64,000 bases of DNA from Candidatus Woesearchaeota archaeon (GCA_016192945.1 JACPTE010000012.1:9557-73556); one strand, 5' to 3'; numbered from the stretch's first letter, positions 27,556 to 37,725 are shown. Notes: a model not told the origin generated them from the sequence alone. Numbers and translations: made by a program.

Positions 27556-29976
27556 TTAACCAAAAAACGAGTCCAGCTTTTTTTGCGCTCTTGGCTCGGC
27601 ATATTCCAGTATGTTTGTGCCGAACACATCAAAAATCTTCTCAACAGCAGGAATCACCTGATTGTACACGTAATATTCAGGGTCGTAATCCCCCTCTTTT
27701 ATCTCTGATGGCAGCCTTGCCCTGTCCCTTATCTTGTCCTTTCCGCTGACAACCACATAGCTTATTACCGAGCCGCTCCCAACCCGCTTTCCCTGCTCTT
27801 TCATCCTCCTGGCCACTGCAACATGTGGAGGCATAATCCTGCTGTAGCTCATTACTTCCTTCTGGAGCTGCGTGTTTATTATCATCTTCTCTGACGGGAT
27901 GGTTTTCTGCCTTATTGCCTCTATTGTCTCCTTGACGTATCTTCTGGCTTTTTCCTCATCATGCTCCCTCAATATTATCCTTATCACGTTTTCCTGGACT
28001 TCCCTTGATATCATTGACAGGTTTCTCCGTATTGCCTCAAATCCCTTTATTCTTATGCCGCCCTCTTCTGAGATGAGCGCGTATTTCTTCTTTGCCCCGT
28101 ATCCTTTTTCCTTTGTTGCCACAAAGAGCCCTGAAGGATAAAAGCCCTCGTAGTCCAGCTCCATAAGCCCGGGAAGCGTGCTGTTGATTTCGTTTACGAA
28201 ATTCTCGGCGTCCTGCCTTGTTTTGCCCTCCAGAGCCAGGAATATTGAGTCTGTGTCTGAATAGAGCACCTTGAATTCCCTGCCTGCTTTTTCAATTACC
28301 TTCATTATGTAGTGCCTTCCGTAGGCTGTTATGCTCCTTGCGCATTCCAGGCTGTACCATCTCGCCCCAAAGAAGCCCATATAGCCATACATTGAGTTGG
28401 CGATTGTTTTCAGGGCCTCTGCCCTTGCTTTCAGGAGTTTTGTGTCCTCAGCAGTCTTCATTATCTCCTTTATCCTCATTCTCCTCTTTATGAGGCCCTC
28501 TATCATTGTTGAGATGAACCCTTTCTTGTTCCTGCAGAACCAGCTTTTCATTCCATCTCCGGGAACTGTGTCCTGCTCAACACAGCATCCGCAGTTCATT
28601 GTTTCAGGGCTTATGTTATGGGCCGATATTATTGAAGGATACAGGCTCCTGAAATCAAACACAACTATGTCATTGTAAAGCCCGGGGACTGGCTCAAAGA
28701 CATATGCGCCTGCGTATGTGCTTTCAATCCTCTGCCTTGACTCGCTGTACTCGGGCCTGTTTGGCGCCAGCTCATTGAAATGCTTTGCCTCATTCATCAA
28801 GTACCATTCAACAAGCTGTGAGAAGCTCATCCTGCTCACTTCATAAGGTGTCAGGCCGACTATCTTTACCAGCTCTGTAAGGTTTGGAAGGAGTTTCCTC
28901 GCAAGCTTTAGCGTAAGCTCTGCATCCTGCAGGTTATACCTGCAGAAGTCCTCCAGCCCTGTGTTGGTTTCCCACGAATTGTAAAGGCTGCTTAAGTCCA
29001 CCTCATGCTTTCCCTCGTTCAGGATTTCCATAGCAACTGAGTCAAGGCCATATGACGTTGTAGCCATAGATCTCCCGAATATCCTCTTGACAAACATGAA
29101 CACGTCAAAATGCGAGATTCCTGTAATTTCAGCGGACTTATTCTGCCTCCTGCCTATCTTCAGGCTGGAATAATCCAGTCCTATGTCAAGGGGAATCTTG
29201 TACTTCTCAGCTCTTGTGCTGATATATGGGAGATCAAAGCCGTCTGAGAAATAGCCTGCCAGCATATCCGGCTTGTACTCCTCCAAAAGCTGCTTGAACC
29301 TCTCAATCAGCCCCAGTTCGCTGTCCACGAACTCCACGTAGTCCAGCTCTGTTTTCCACTGCTTCCATGTAATCACTTTCCTGAAGTTGTCGCCTGCCAG
29401 CGCAAGCATTATGATTGGCTGGCTCTCAGGCACTATTTCGCTTCCAAACTTGCTGTGCGTCTCTATGTCAAGGGCCAGAACCCTGAAATCCTGAAGGACC
29501 ACATCCTCTGTCTGGGCTATCCTGACTGCCTTAAAAACAGGCACCTTTGAGCGCTGGCTTATGAATTCGCCCTCTGCCTCGCATAGCGATAGCGGGCTTA
29601 TTGAGCGGTCTATTAGGTAGCGCCTTGTGAATGGTATGTCTGCCTCAAGGCATTTTCCGAGGCCTGCTGCAGCTTCCCTGAGTGCTGGCACATCTGAAGG
29701 GAGATAAGCAAACGCCTTGATGGCGCTTACTTCCTTTCCACCATACCTTTTTCTGTGCAGTTCTGCCTTTTTGACCTTTATATCGCCCTCCTGCGTTTTG
29801 GCTGCCAGGGATTCAACAGCTGCCTTGTCATCAGTCACAATCCAGAAATAGGGCTCAAATGTGTCATCAGTAACGCATATCTGGCGGTTGTCATCAGTTC
29901 TTCCGTATAGCTGTATGACTGCCGCATCCCTGACAACCTTGTATGTGACGTCAATAGGGTAAAACCTGATATTCAT
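27556..29976 (-). CDS. polB: DNA polymerase, family B
   Basis: 806 aa; exo I LALDIETHS, motif A DFRSLYPSIISAHN, motif C VLYSDTDSIFL; no intein. Confidence 0.9.
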   Translation of the reverse strand: MNIRFYPIDVTYKVVRDAAVIQLYGRTDDNRQICVTDDTFEPYFWIVTDDKAAVESLAAKTQEGDIKVKKAELHRKRYGGKEVSAIKAFAYLPSDVPALREAAAGLGKCLEADIPFTRRYLIDRSISPLSLCEAEGEFISQRSKVPVFKAVRIAQTEDVVLQDFRVLALDIETHSKFGSEIVPESQPIIMLALAGDNFRKVITWKQWKTELDYVEFVDSELGLIERFKQLLEEYKPDMLAGYFSDGFDLPYISTRAEKYKIPLDIGLDYSSLKIGRRQNKSAEITGISHFDVFMFVKRIFGRSMATTSYGLDSVAMEILNEGKHEVDLSSLYNSWETNTGLEDFCRYNLQDAELTLKLARKLLPNLTELVKIVGLTPYEVSRMSFSQLVEWYLMNEAKHFNELAPNRPEYSESRQRIESTYAGAYVFEPVPGLYNDIVVFDFRSLYPSIISAHNISPETMNCGCCVEQDTVPGDGMKSWFCRNKKGFISTMIEGLIKRRMRIKEIMKTAEDTKLLKARAEALKTIANSMYGYMGFFGARWYSLECARSITAYGRHYIMKVIEKAGREFKVLYSDTDSIFLALEGKTRQDAENFVNEINSTLPGLMELDYEGFYPSGLFVATKEKGYGAKKKYALISEEGGIRIKGFEAIRRNLSMISREVQENVIRIILREHDEEKARRYVKETIEAIRQKTIPSEKMIINTQLQKEVMSYSRIMPPHVAVARRMKEQGKRVGSGSVISYVVVSGKDKIRDRARLPSEIKEGDYDPEYYVYNQVIPAVEKIFDVFGTNILEYAEPRAQKKLDSFFG

Positions 29977-30107
29977 AATAATAGGTGTTTAAGCCCTATT
30001 TTTATATAAATTTTTGGCAGAATTTACCGAAATCTTTAAATATAAGTTTTACATACCATGTAACAGTTGGGCTTCAGGCATCGCGCTCTATCATCATATT
30101 AATGTGC

Positions 30108-30145
30108 GGTTGGGTTAGGTTCAGCACCTCTTTCCTAACCCAACC
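30108..30145. promoter_or_regulatory. perfect 12-bp palindrome GGTTGGGTTAGG-n14-CCTAACCCAACC between the divergent polB and ROK-kinase promoters
   Basis: seen in sequence; flanked by TATA-like boxes for both divergent genes. Confidence 0.4.
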
Positions 30146-30195
30146 CCATTAAACCTGCCCATAAATTTAAAAACTGTTTCTGGCAATACCTGATT

Positions 30196-31092
30196 ATGGG
30201 CCGCACTTATATAGGGCTTGACATAGGCGGAACAATGATAAGGAGCCTGCTTATAAGCGATGGGCTCAAGGTCATGGGAGAGCATGAGATGCCCCTTCTG
30301 GCCAGCGGAGGCAGGACTGTTATAATAAGCAGGATTATTGAATCAATCAGAAGGCTTGACTATAAGCATGCTGATGGCGTAGGTGTTGGCTTTGCCGGGC
30401 GGGTAGATGATGATGTAATCACATTCTCCCCAAACATCCCTAAGCTGGCAGGGGTTAATTTAAGGGGCATCATTGAGTCAAAAACCGGGAAACAGGCGCT
30501 TATTGAGAATGATGCTGCCTGCTTTGCAGTTGCTGAGCATCAGCTTGGTGCTGGCAGGGGTTTAGGAAACATGGTTGGCCTGATAATAGGCACAGGCATA
30601 GGAGCTGGCATCATCATAAACAGCTCACTTTATAAGGGCAAGGGAGGCGGAGGGGAGGTTGGGCATATGATGATTGACCCTTCAGGGATTGCTTGCGGCT
30701 GCGGTAAAAGGGGCGATTTTGAAAGCTGGTGTTCCGGCAGGTCAATAGTCAGGAGGTATATCCAGGCAGGCGGCAGGATTGCCAAACCAGAGCCTGCTAA
30801 AATCTACTTCTCAAAGGAGAAGGCAGCTGTAGTGGTAATGAAGGAAACCATAGACAAGCTGGGGGTTGGCTTGTCAAACATATCAGCCATTTTTGACCCT
30901 GAAATGATAATACTGGGCGGTGGAGTGAGCAATTTGCCATTCCTTGACAGCGTAAGAAAGGCTGAGAGAAGGCATAGCTATGCTGGCCAGCATCCTGTCA
31001 GGATTGAAAAAAGCAGGCTTAAGAATCCTGGGGCTATTGGAGCTGCGCTGATTGCCAGGATGAGCGCTTCTTCCAATGATACAGTGAATTAA
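30196..31092 (+). CDS. ROK-family sugar kinase (glucokinase-like)
   Basis: LDIGGT N-terminal motif; ROK zinc motif GHMMIDPSGIACGCGKRGDFE. Confidence 0.75.
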   Translation: MGRTYIGLDIGGTMIRSLLISDGLKVMGEHEMPLLASGGRTVIISRIIESIRRLDYKHADGVGVGFAGRVDDDVITFSPNIPKLAGVNLRGIIESKTGKQALIENDAACFAVAEHQLGAGRGLGNMVGLIIGTGIGAGIIINSSLYKGKGGGGEVGHMMIDPSGIACGCGKRGDFESWCSGRSIVRRYIQAGGRIAKPEPAKIYFSKEKAAVVVMKETIDKLGVGLSNISAIFDPEMIILGGGVSNLPFLDSVRKAERRHSYAGQHPVRIEKSRLKNPGAIGAALIARMSASSNDTVN

Positions 31093-31114
31093 TTGAGCTT
31101 ATTAAATAGCAGGC

Positions 31115-32629
31115 TTATTTGAACTGCTTTTCCTTGAGCATGTCCTCTACGAACTTCTTGTGCTTGTCCCTGTCCAGGGGATTTCCTGCTCCTGCGATTT
31201 CATCAGCACTTGACTCCTCTTTTGGGATGGATGCAAGCTGCTGCTGCCTTTTCCTTTCTGCCAGCTCTTTTCTCCTTTGCCGCTCCCCCCTCAATATTAC
31301 TACTGACAGAACTGCTATCGCGAGCATTGTGAGAAGAACCAGGAATGGCTTTTTGAAAACTACTGCATCTCCAGGCGCGGTTCCAGTGACCATTCCGGTT
31401 ATGCCGCCCAGCCCGTCTGATACCTTTTTCCCAATGCTTCTTTCATCCTGGGTTGCTATTCCCTGGAATACCTTCTGCTCCCCTCCTGATGCAAAGCTGA
31501 CATCATATGTTCCTGCAGGGGCTTCCCTGTAAATGTCCACGCTGCTTTCCTCTCCCGGCTTGAGGCTTATTTTCTTTTCAATAGGTATTACATTCCCCTG
31601 CTCTGTAGTGAGCTTTATGTTGACATTCTTCTCATAGTTCACGTTTCCTGTGTTTTTTGAGCTTATCACCCTTTTGCCGTCAAAAGACAGCACTACAGAC
31701 TCTATTGTGTTCACAGCAATCCTTTTCTCTGATTTGAGACCCTGGCTTGTTGCCTTTACTGTGTAGATTCCTGGAGCTGCATACTTGTCAAACTGGTATG
31801 AGAAAGACTGCTTTGAATCTGTGTCACGGCTCATAAGCTCGTTCTTATCCTGGCTTGTTATCTTGATTGTCAGCTTTCCATCCATTGTGTCGTTTGCCTG
31901 GTCAAGTATTGTAGCATAGCCCTTTATTTCATCTCCAGGATTTATCCGCTCCTTGCTGAGGCTTATGAGAATGATGGATGGCACCTGGGCAACTGATATC
32001 TCAGCTTCTGCCTGCCCGCTGTTGCCATAGGAGTCGTTTGCTGTCACAACAATCTTGTGTGTTCCTGACCTGATTGATTTTGGTATCTCTATTGTCTGAT
32101 TAAAGCTTAGCGCGCCTATGCTTGCCATGAGGGTTTGCCTTTCAAAGCTTATCGTTATTGTTTTCGGCGTGCTGAAGCTTTGGACTACGTTTCCAGCCAG
32201 CTCTATTTTTTCAGAGGGATAGAAGCTTCTGCCATTTGTGTCCAGGCTTATCCCGATAATATCTGTGACATAAAACTTGTCTGATTTCAGCTCCTCTGAA
32301 AATTTCTTGTCAGTGGACTGCAGGCTGGAGATTATCATGCACTCGCCAAGCATCTGGCTGTTCGCAGAGATTGAAGGCGCAACTATGCTCTTGTTTGAAC
32401 CAGGCACCAAGCTGACCGGCGTGGTGAAGTAGCCAAGGCTGTATGAGGGGCATTCAAGGCTCAGCCTGAACAGCGCTTCCTGCTCTGTTGCCAGCGAGAG
32501 GTTGTATGAGACTGTTATCTTGTCGCCTAGGCTGAACTGCTCCTTGCCGACGCTGTCTATTGATATTGCTGCGCTTGCGGCCATGGAAGAAACCAGAAGA
32601 ACAAATAACATGGCCAGATATGTTTTCAT
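31115..32629 (-). CDS. cell-surface protein with signal peptide, repeated beta-rich domains and C-terminal TM anchor
   Basis: 504 aa; N-terminal signal peptide, Thr/Ser-rich repeats, C-terminal TM LVLLTMLAIAVLSVVIL followed by basic tail. Confidence 0.45.
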   Translation of the reverse strand: MKTYLAMLFVLLVSSMAASAAISIDSVGKEQFSLGDKITVSYNLSLATEQEALFRLSLECPSYSLGYFTTPVSLVPGSNKSIVAPSISANSQMLGECMIISSLQSTDKKFSEELKSDKFYVTDIIGISLDTNGRSFYPSEKIELAGNVVQSFSTPKTITISFERQTLMASIGALSFNQTIEIPKSIRSGTHKIVVTANDSYGNSGQAEAEISVAQVPSIILISLSKERINPGDEIKGYATILDQANDTMDGKLTIKITSQDKNELMSRDTDSKQSFSYQFDKYAAPGIYTVKATSQGLKSEKRIAVNTIESVVLSFDGKRVISSKNTGNVNYEKNVNIKLTTEQGNVIPIEKKISLKPGEESSVDIYREAPAGTYDVSFASGGEQKVFQGIATQDERSIGKKVSDGLGGITGMVTGTAPGDAVVFKKPFLVLLTMLAIAVLSVVILRGERQRRKELAERKRQQQLASIPKEESSADEIAGAGNPLDRDKHKKFVEDMLKEKQFK

Positions 32630-32678
32630 GACCCCCTTACCTTAAAGCCATTAGTATAAAAATATTTTGATATTGCAT

Positions 32679-33533
32679 TCAGAAGAAAACAGGAGTTACG
32701 TATACCTCTACTGCCGCCGCTATTACAAGCATTATCACTGATATTGCTGCAAGGTTTGCAAAATCAACCAGCGTTTTCCCGAACTCAGGGCTTCTTATGT
32801 CGTGCTTCAGCATGGATATTGATATGATGCCTCCTGCAAGCGCTGCTGTGAAATATGCGAGAATCTCCAGCCACCCGTGCGTCAGGTATCTCAGCAGCCC
32901 AAGCGAATAAGATGACAGGTAGCTTCCTATGCTTGTCAGCCCCAGTGTGTTGGCTACATTCGCCAGCCCGTTTCTTGTAAAGCTGCCTATGGCTGTTCCA
33001 ACTACTGAAGCGTTCCATGCGAGTATGAATATCGCACCTGCCCCGTAGAAGAACGCAAAAAGGAAGCTGAAAAACAGGACCTTCAGGTTGTTGAAGAGTA
33101 TTTTCGTGAATAACCCTGTTGCTGCTGTTGAGTTTCCTGTGGTGCCAGGCGAGTTTATGGATTCTATTGTTGTCATCTGCACCCCATATACCTTGTTCAG
33201 GCTCTCGGCTGGCATGAAAACATACCCGAGCGAGAAAGCCAATGTAAAGCCGAGGAACAGGAACATCAGGAAAGACAGGGCCTTGGCGTGCTCTTTCAGG
33301 CGGGATATCTCTTTTTTCAGATTCTCGTCCTTCTTTTCCTCAAGCCTGAATGTTCCCTGAATCAGGTAGGTGCATGAGAGCACTGTGAGAAAAACCATTA
33401 CCATGCTGATGTTATCCTCAAAAATCCACATGCTCAGCAGCATTGCCACTGACGCATATACCAACCCAAGAAAAAACATCTCCCAGGGCGTCTTTTCAGC
33501 CTTTTTCGGATTTATCAGCAGCTCCAGAACCAT
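32679..33533 (-). CDS. SpoIIM/DUF95-like integral membrane protein
   Basis: 284 aa; 6 TM helices; ILAWNASVVG and THGWLEILAYFTA segments resemble DUF95. Confidence 0.4.
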   Translation of the reverse strand: MVLELLINPKKAEKTPWEMFFLGLVYASVAMLLSMWIFEDNISMVMVFLTVLSCTYLIQGTFRLEEKKDENLKKEISRLKEHAKALSFLMFLFLGFTLAFSLGYVFMPAESLNKVYGVQMTTIESINSPGTTGNSTAATGLFTKILFNNLKVLFFSFLFAFFYGAGAIFILAWNASVVGTAIGSFTRNGLANVANTLGLTSIGSYLSSYSLGLLRYLTHGWLEILAYFTAALAGGIISISMLKHDIRSPEFGKTLVDFANLAAISVIMLVIAAAVEVYVTPVFF

Positions 33534-33584
33534 TGCTATTGACTCATCCGCATAGTTTATATATCTTTTGCAGGGATTAAGGAA

Positions 33585-34118
33585 ATGTTTATTAACCCTG
33601 CTGAGTGCTGCTTTCTCATGGTTGTTCCTTCAAGAAGGGAATGCTTTGAGCTGCTCTGGAGCCATAACGTGCCCCAGAACATCATCAGGCACAGCATTGC
33701 TGTGAGCAGGATTGCAGCAGATGTTGCACAGGGCCTGTTGCTGAGGCGCAAGCGGATAAACCTTGAACTGCTGGACAGGGCCTGCCTTCTCCATGACATT
33801 GGGAAGCTGAAGGCTATCCAGACAGGGGGAAACCATGAGGAGATTGGCTATGAAATCCTCGCAAAGCATGGATATGGCGAGGTTGCTGAAATAATAAGGA
33901 AGCATCCTGTTCACTATATCTATGATGCCGTGAACAGGCCCAGCTCCTGGGAGGAGAAGGTTCTTTATTACGCTGACAAAAGGGCAAATGGCCATAAGGT
34001 TGTCTCCCTGAGGGAAAGGTTTGCTGATTTCAGGAAGCGCTACCAAAATTTCAGGGAAAGCATAGACAGGGCAGAGCCCCTGGCTGCCAGGCTTGAGAAG
34101 GAACTGCTCAGTCCATAA
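33585..34118 (+). CDS. HD-domain phosphohydrolase
   Basis: H...HD motif (LLHDIGK) and downstream His/Asp residues. Confidence 0.7.
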   Translation: MFINPAECCFLMVVPSRRECFELLWSHNVPQNIIRHSIAVSRIAADVAQGLLLRRKRINLELLDRACLLHDIGKLKAIQTGGNHEEIGYEILAKHGYGEVAEIIRKHPVHYIYDAVNRPSSWEEKVLYYADKRANGHKVVSLRERFADFRKRYQNFRESIDRAEPLAARLEKELLSP

Positions 34119-34129
34119 ACCGAAAGGGA

Positions 34130-34882
34130 TTATAGCTTCCTGAACAGCTCAAACAAGTCGTCTGCCCTTTTCAATGGGAGCGAGCCTGAAACCCCCTCTG
34201 GCATGTACAGGCCGCTGACTGGCGACTTGTAGAAGGCAGCAGTGATGCCTGGCTGCCTGTTTGAAAATCCCTGAACAGACCTTACTCCCCTTTCCCTGCG
34301 CATATCCGACTCGCTTAGATTTTTTTCATCCATCATAAGCAGCAGGCTCAGCAGGTATGAATCTATGTTTGCATCCCGCAGCCTGTAAACCTGCATTCCG
34401 GCTTTTTCAGGGCCATAGAAAAACGGCACTATTCCAACAGGGCTTGTCTCGTATACCCAAAGGTTTGGATTTGGAGCCATTAACATTTCATCTCCTTTCC
34501 ATACACCATTCTGAACTCCCTTATTATATACCTCGTGAAGGTTCCATATTTCAAAGTCATCAGGGCTTGGCGGCAGGTCGTAATTTCCGCCTGCAATCTT
34601 GTGCGTGTGGCAGCTTGCAAGGACTATGCCCTTTACACCCTGGAATATAAGGTGCTCTTCAAGGTTGGTTTCCCCTGTATCGCCCTGGATTACATCGCTT
34701 ATGTAAATCCCGCTTTCATCTGCCTCTACTGTGAGCCCGTATTCCCTCACCCTTCTGTAGTCCCTTTCCTTTCCAAAATCCTGGAAAGTCCTGTCTCTAA
34801 TCTCTGCGAATCGCGCTCTGAATTCAGGGGATTCAACTATGTTTTTCAGGGTTACTTCCTCAAGATTCAGCATTGCTGCCAT
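34130..34882 (-). CDS. hypothetical protein with a JAMM/MPN-like HxH...S..D motif
   Basis: 250 aa; EEH...ASCHTHKIAGGNYDLPPSPDD. Confidence 0.3.
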   Translation of the reverse strand: MAAMLNLEEVTLKNIVESPEFRARFAEIRDRTFQDFGKERDYRRVREYGLTVEADESGIYISDVIQGDTGETNLEEHLIFQGVKGIVLASCHTHKIAGGNYDLPPSPDDFEIWNLHEVYNKGVQNGVWKGDEMLMAPNPNLWVYETSPVGIVPFFYGPEKAGMQVYRLRDANIDSYLLSLLLMMDEKNLSESDMRRERGVRSVQGFSNRQPGITAAFYKSPVSGLYMPEGVSGSLPLKRADDLFELFRKL

Positions 34883-34965
34883 ATTGTGAAGGCAGGCTCA
34901 GGCAGGGTATTTAAATCTTTCTATTTTTACTACTATTGAATTACTATAATTTAGGCTGCTGAACT

Positions 34966-35491
34966 TTATTTTCTTGTGGTCACCTTTCTTAGTGTTTTTT
35001 TATACTGTTTCACTAAAAACTCAACAGTTGGCTTTAGATTCTGGTTCTTTTGGTATTCGTGTAAAGTCCGGTAGTATTCTGCCCTGTCTTCCAAGTTTAT
35101 GCTTATGGGGGGATATTTTCTCTTTAAGAGAATGAAATTCAGAAGCAGCCTTCCGACCCTCCCGTTCCCATCCTGAAAGGGATGCACATATTCGAACTGA
35201 TTGTGTATGATTGCCGCCAATACCAGAGGCTTGAATTTATTTTTATTCTGCTCGTACCAAGAAACCATATCCCTTAATGCAAGGCTAAGATGAGAAACAC
35301 TAACCCTTTGCATTTTTAATGTATAATTGCTGCCATTCTTTTCTGTCCAGATGGATGATTTTGATTTCATCATCATACTTGTTCAGCTTTTCAATCTGGT
35401 TCCTGGTTAATGTAAAAAGAAATACATCAGTGTTCAGTTCTTCCAAAATCTCGAAGATATACTTTGCCGCTTTATCTTTGCCTTCTTCCAA
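34966..35491 (-). pseudogene. frameshifted/truncated Fic-domain gene (tandem paralog of the intact Fic gene)
   Basis: 136-aa ORF with Fic motif HPFQDGNGRVGR plus an overlapping 63-aa ORF in another frame; lacks the N-terminal ~100 aa found in the neighbouring intact Fic. Confidence 0.5.
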
Positions 35492-35763
35492 GATTGGATA
35501 AGCCTGAAAGCATCTTTAGTGTTTACGCAGTCTGTAAGCCTCATTCTGCCATCTTCAGCTGGCATTTTCAACTGTAAACAAATTGTTAACAGTTGGGGTT
35601 CTCTGCTTTTTAATACACCCCAGTATTGCCTTGGGCTGAGACTCTCTGTCAGTGCTTGAACTATATCAGTAACTGAGAAATACCACTCATCATTATGCCA
35701 GATTCTTCTTATTTTCTTATCCTGAAATACTACTAGTGCTTTGTCTTTGTCCATTTTGACCAA
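35434..35763 (-). CDS. Bro-N/KilA-N-like domain protein (antirepressor-like)
   Basis: 109 aa; ALVVFQDKKIRRIWHNDEWYFSVTDIVQALTES pattern of Bro-N domains. Confidence 0.4.
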   Translation of the reverse strand: MVKMDKDKALVVFQDKKIRRIWHNDEWYFSVTDIVQALTESLSPRQYWGVLKSREPQLLTICLQLKMPAEDGRMRLTDCVNTKDAFRLIQSWKKAKIKRQSISSRFWKN

Positions 35764-35878
35764 CTATCAATCTTAACTTGTCTCAGACTTTTAAATATCT
35801 TTCCCCCACCTGTCCATTGTCCAGTGGGGAACTGAAGAATTAATAGCCCGTGCGGACACTCTATTTTCTTGTTAAAAG

Positions 35879-36733
35879 TCAGGGCTTTCTAAGGAATTCT
35901 TTGTGTCTGCTCAGATAGCGCTTTATCAGGTAGTTTACAAAATCATTTTCGGTCTTGCTCAATGCATGATAATATGACTTCCTCCTCTTATATTCAATTA
36001 TAAGCAGCGGGTATCCTCCATTTTTCAGTATGTGTGCAATGATAAGCCTGCCAACTCTGCCGTTTCCGTCTCCAAAGGGGTGTATCTTCTCAAATTTGTA
36101 GTGGGCACGGGCAGCGAGCTCCAAAGGGTGCATTATTTTCTTGTTTTTGCAATACCAGGAAAAGAGTTCCTTCAGCAGAGTTGGAACATCTTGCCAGTCT
36201 GGCGCCCTGTAGTCTCCTACTCGAACCAAGTATTCCCTGATTTTGCCGGCAATATCTGGCTTTGTATCCTTGAATAATTCATAGTGCCATTTCAAGATAA
36301 GATTTCCGGATAATTCTTTCTTTTCATTTAGTGCGCTGAAAAACACTTTGGAGTGAGCGATTGTTTCCAAGATATCTGGTAATGGCTTGTTGGGGGATAT
36401 TCTCTTCTCAAGTATCTCCTGTGTTTCTTCCTTTGTGATTTTTGAGCCTTCTATGGCGTTCGTGTTATAGGTGAAATCTATAGAAAAATCAAGGAGTATT
36501 TTCTTTTTTATTGTTTCAGGGTACCTTTTCCACTGCTCCTTGAAGCTCTTCCTTATCTTTTCAAGCTTGACAAAAGCTTCCTCATTTAGGATTTTTCTTA
36601 GAAAAGCCTCTTTTGTCAGTTCAATATCATTGGGCACAGTCTTGCCCAGGTAAATTTCCCGGTAAGTAGGCCTCCCTGACTTCCTGAATGAATGGCCAAG
36701 GTAATAATAGCCTCTCTTTTGCACGATTTGCAT
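35879..36733 (-). CDS. fic: Fic family protein (AMPylase-like) with internal inhibitory motif
   Basis: 284 aa; Fic motif HPFGDGNGRVGR; TNAIEG matches the [ST]xxxE[GN] inhibitory helix. Confidence 0.8.
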   Translation of the reverse strand: MQIVQKRGYYYLGHSFRKSGRPTYREIYLGKTVPNDIELTKEAFLRKILNEEAFVKLEKIRKSFKEQWKRYPETIKKKILLDFSIDFTYNTNAIEGSKITKEETQEILEKRISPNKPLPDILETIAHSKVFFSALNEKKELSGNLILKWHYELFKDTKPDIAGKIREYLVRVGDYRAPDWQDVPTLLKELFSWYCKNKKIMHPLELAARAHYKFEKIHPFGDGNGRVGRLIIAHILKNGGYPLLIIEYKRRKSYYHALSKTENDFVNYLIKRYLSRHKEFLRKP

Positions 36734-36897
36734 AGAAATCTATATGCCATTACAAATATAAAAAAGTTTCGTTATTTAGAACGAATGTAATGGTATAGCC
36801 CCGGGCGGACATACCATAAATTTGTAACTGTTTTGGGATTTTTTGTTTTTCAAAGTATTCTGCTAAACTACCCCTGGCTAAAGCACCCAGGTTTCTT

Positions 36898-37164
36898 TCA
36901 AAAGAGCGCCCCTAAAAATCGTTCTACTTCTGCCTTGTTCTCATCATCATATCCTCCTAGCCCGTGCAGATATCGAATAACATTTATATAAAACCGTATA
37001 TGGTTCAATGAGTCTGCTTCTTTACCTGAAACTTCAGGATGGGACCCCATCATTGCGTATTGAAGGATTGCATCAGTGCAGTGTTCAATTAAGTCTCCTG
37101 CTGTTCTGAGCTGGTATCTTCTCCCTAATTCAATAACTTTTTCAAGCCCTTCTCCCAAGGTCAT
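36898..37164 (-). CDS. hypothetical protein
   Basis: 88-aa ORF tightly spaced (1 nt) behind the 157-aa ORF; no motifs. Confidence 0.3.
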   Translation of the reverse strand: MTLGEGLEKVIELGRRYQLRTAGDLIEHCTDAILQYAMMGSHPEVSGKEADSLNHIRFYINVIRYLHGLGGYDDENKAEVERFLGALF

Positions 37165-37165
37165 A

Positions 37166-37636
37166 TTACCAAAATTCTCTTAAATATTCTTTTCGCGAAT
37201 TTAACTCTGCAACTAAGTTAGACGGGTCCAAACCATATTGGATGCACAATCCTACGTCTTTTTGAAGCAACTCAATGCGTGCCTGTAGAGTGCGTCTTAA
37301 TTGGACCCTTTCTTCTAAGGTAAGCTGTCCATTTTGTTTTACTGCAGTTTCCAGACCTTCACCGTTAATTATGACAGTAGTTCCTCTGCCAACATACGCA
37401 TCGGGGGGCTCAATATTGCAAACTTCATATACGACATAGGTTTTATGTCCGCCGATTATGTAATCTATCTTCACAGGTTGTCCTTCATGAAGTTCCATGC
37501 CGAACAATTCCTGTTTTTCGTCTCTTCGGAGTATTATTTCTTCTGCAGTTACTATACAACCAAGAGAATGCAGCCCTTTAGCATCAATTGGTGTTAATAC
37601 GACTTTTGAAGCTTCTGGTGCTTGGTAATCCGCCAT
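37166..37636 (-). CDS. hypothetical protein
   Basis: 157 aa from MADYQAPE; ORF is open to 37852 but that extension overlaps rps12. Confidence 0.35.
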   Translation of the reverse strand: MADYQAPEASKVVLTPIDAKGLHSLGCIVTAEEIILRRDEKQELFGMELHEGQPVKIDYIIGGHKTYVVYEVCNIEPPDAYVGRGTTVIINGEGLETAVKQNGQLTLEERVQLRRTLQARIELLQKDVGLCIQYGLDPSNLVAELNSRKEYLREFW

Positions 37637-37725
37637 ATGTTTTATTTTTTCTTTTTGGTTACGATTCAAAAAATCAGCCGCATCCGGATTCCCGTATCCA
37701 ACCGGGAAATCAGATTTCCTGATGC

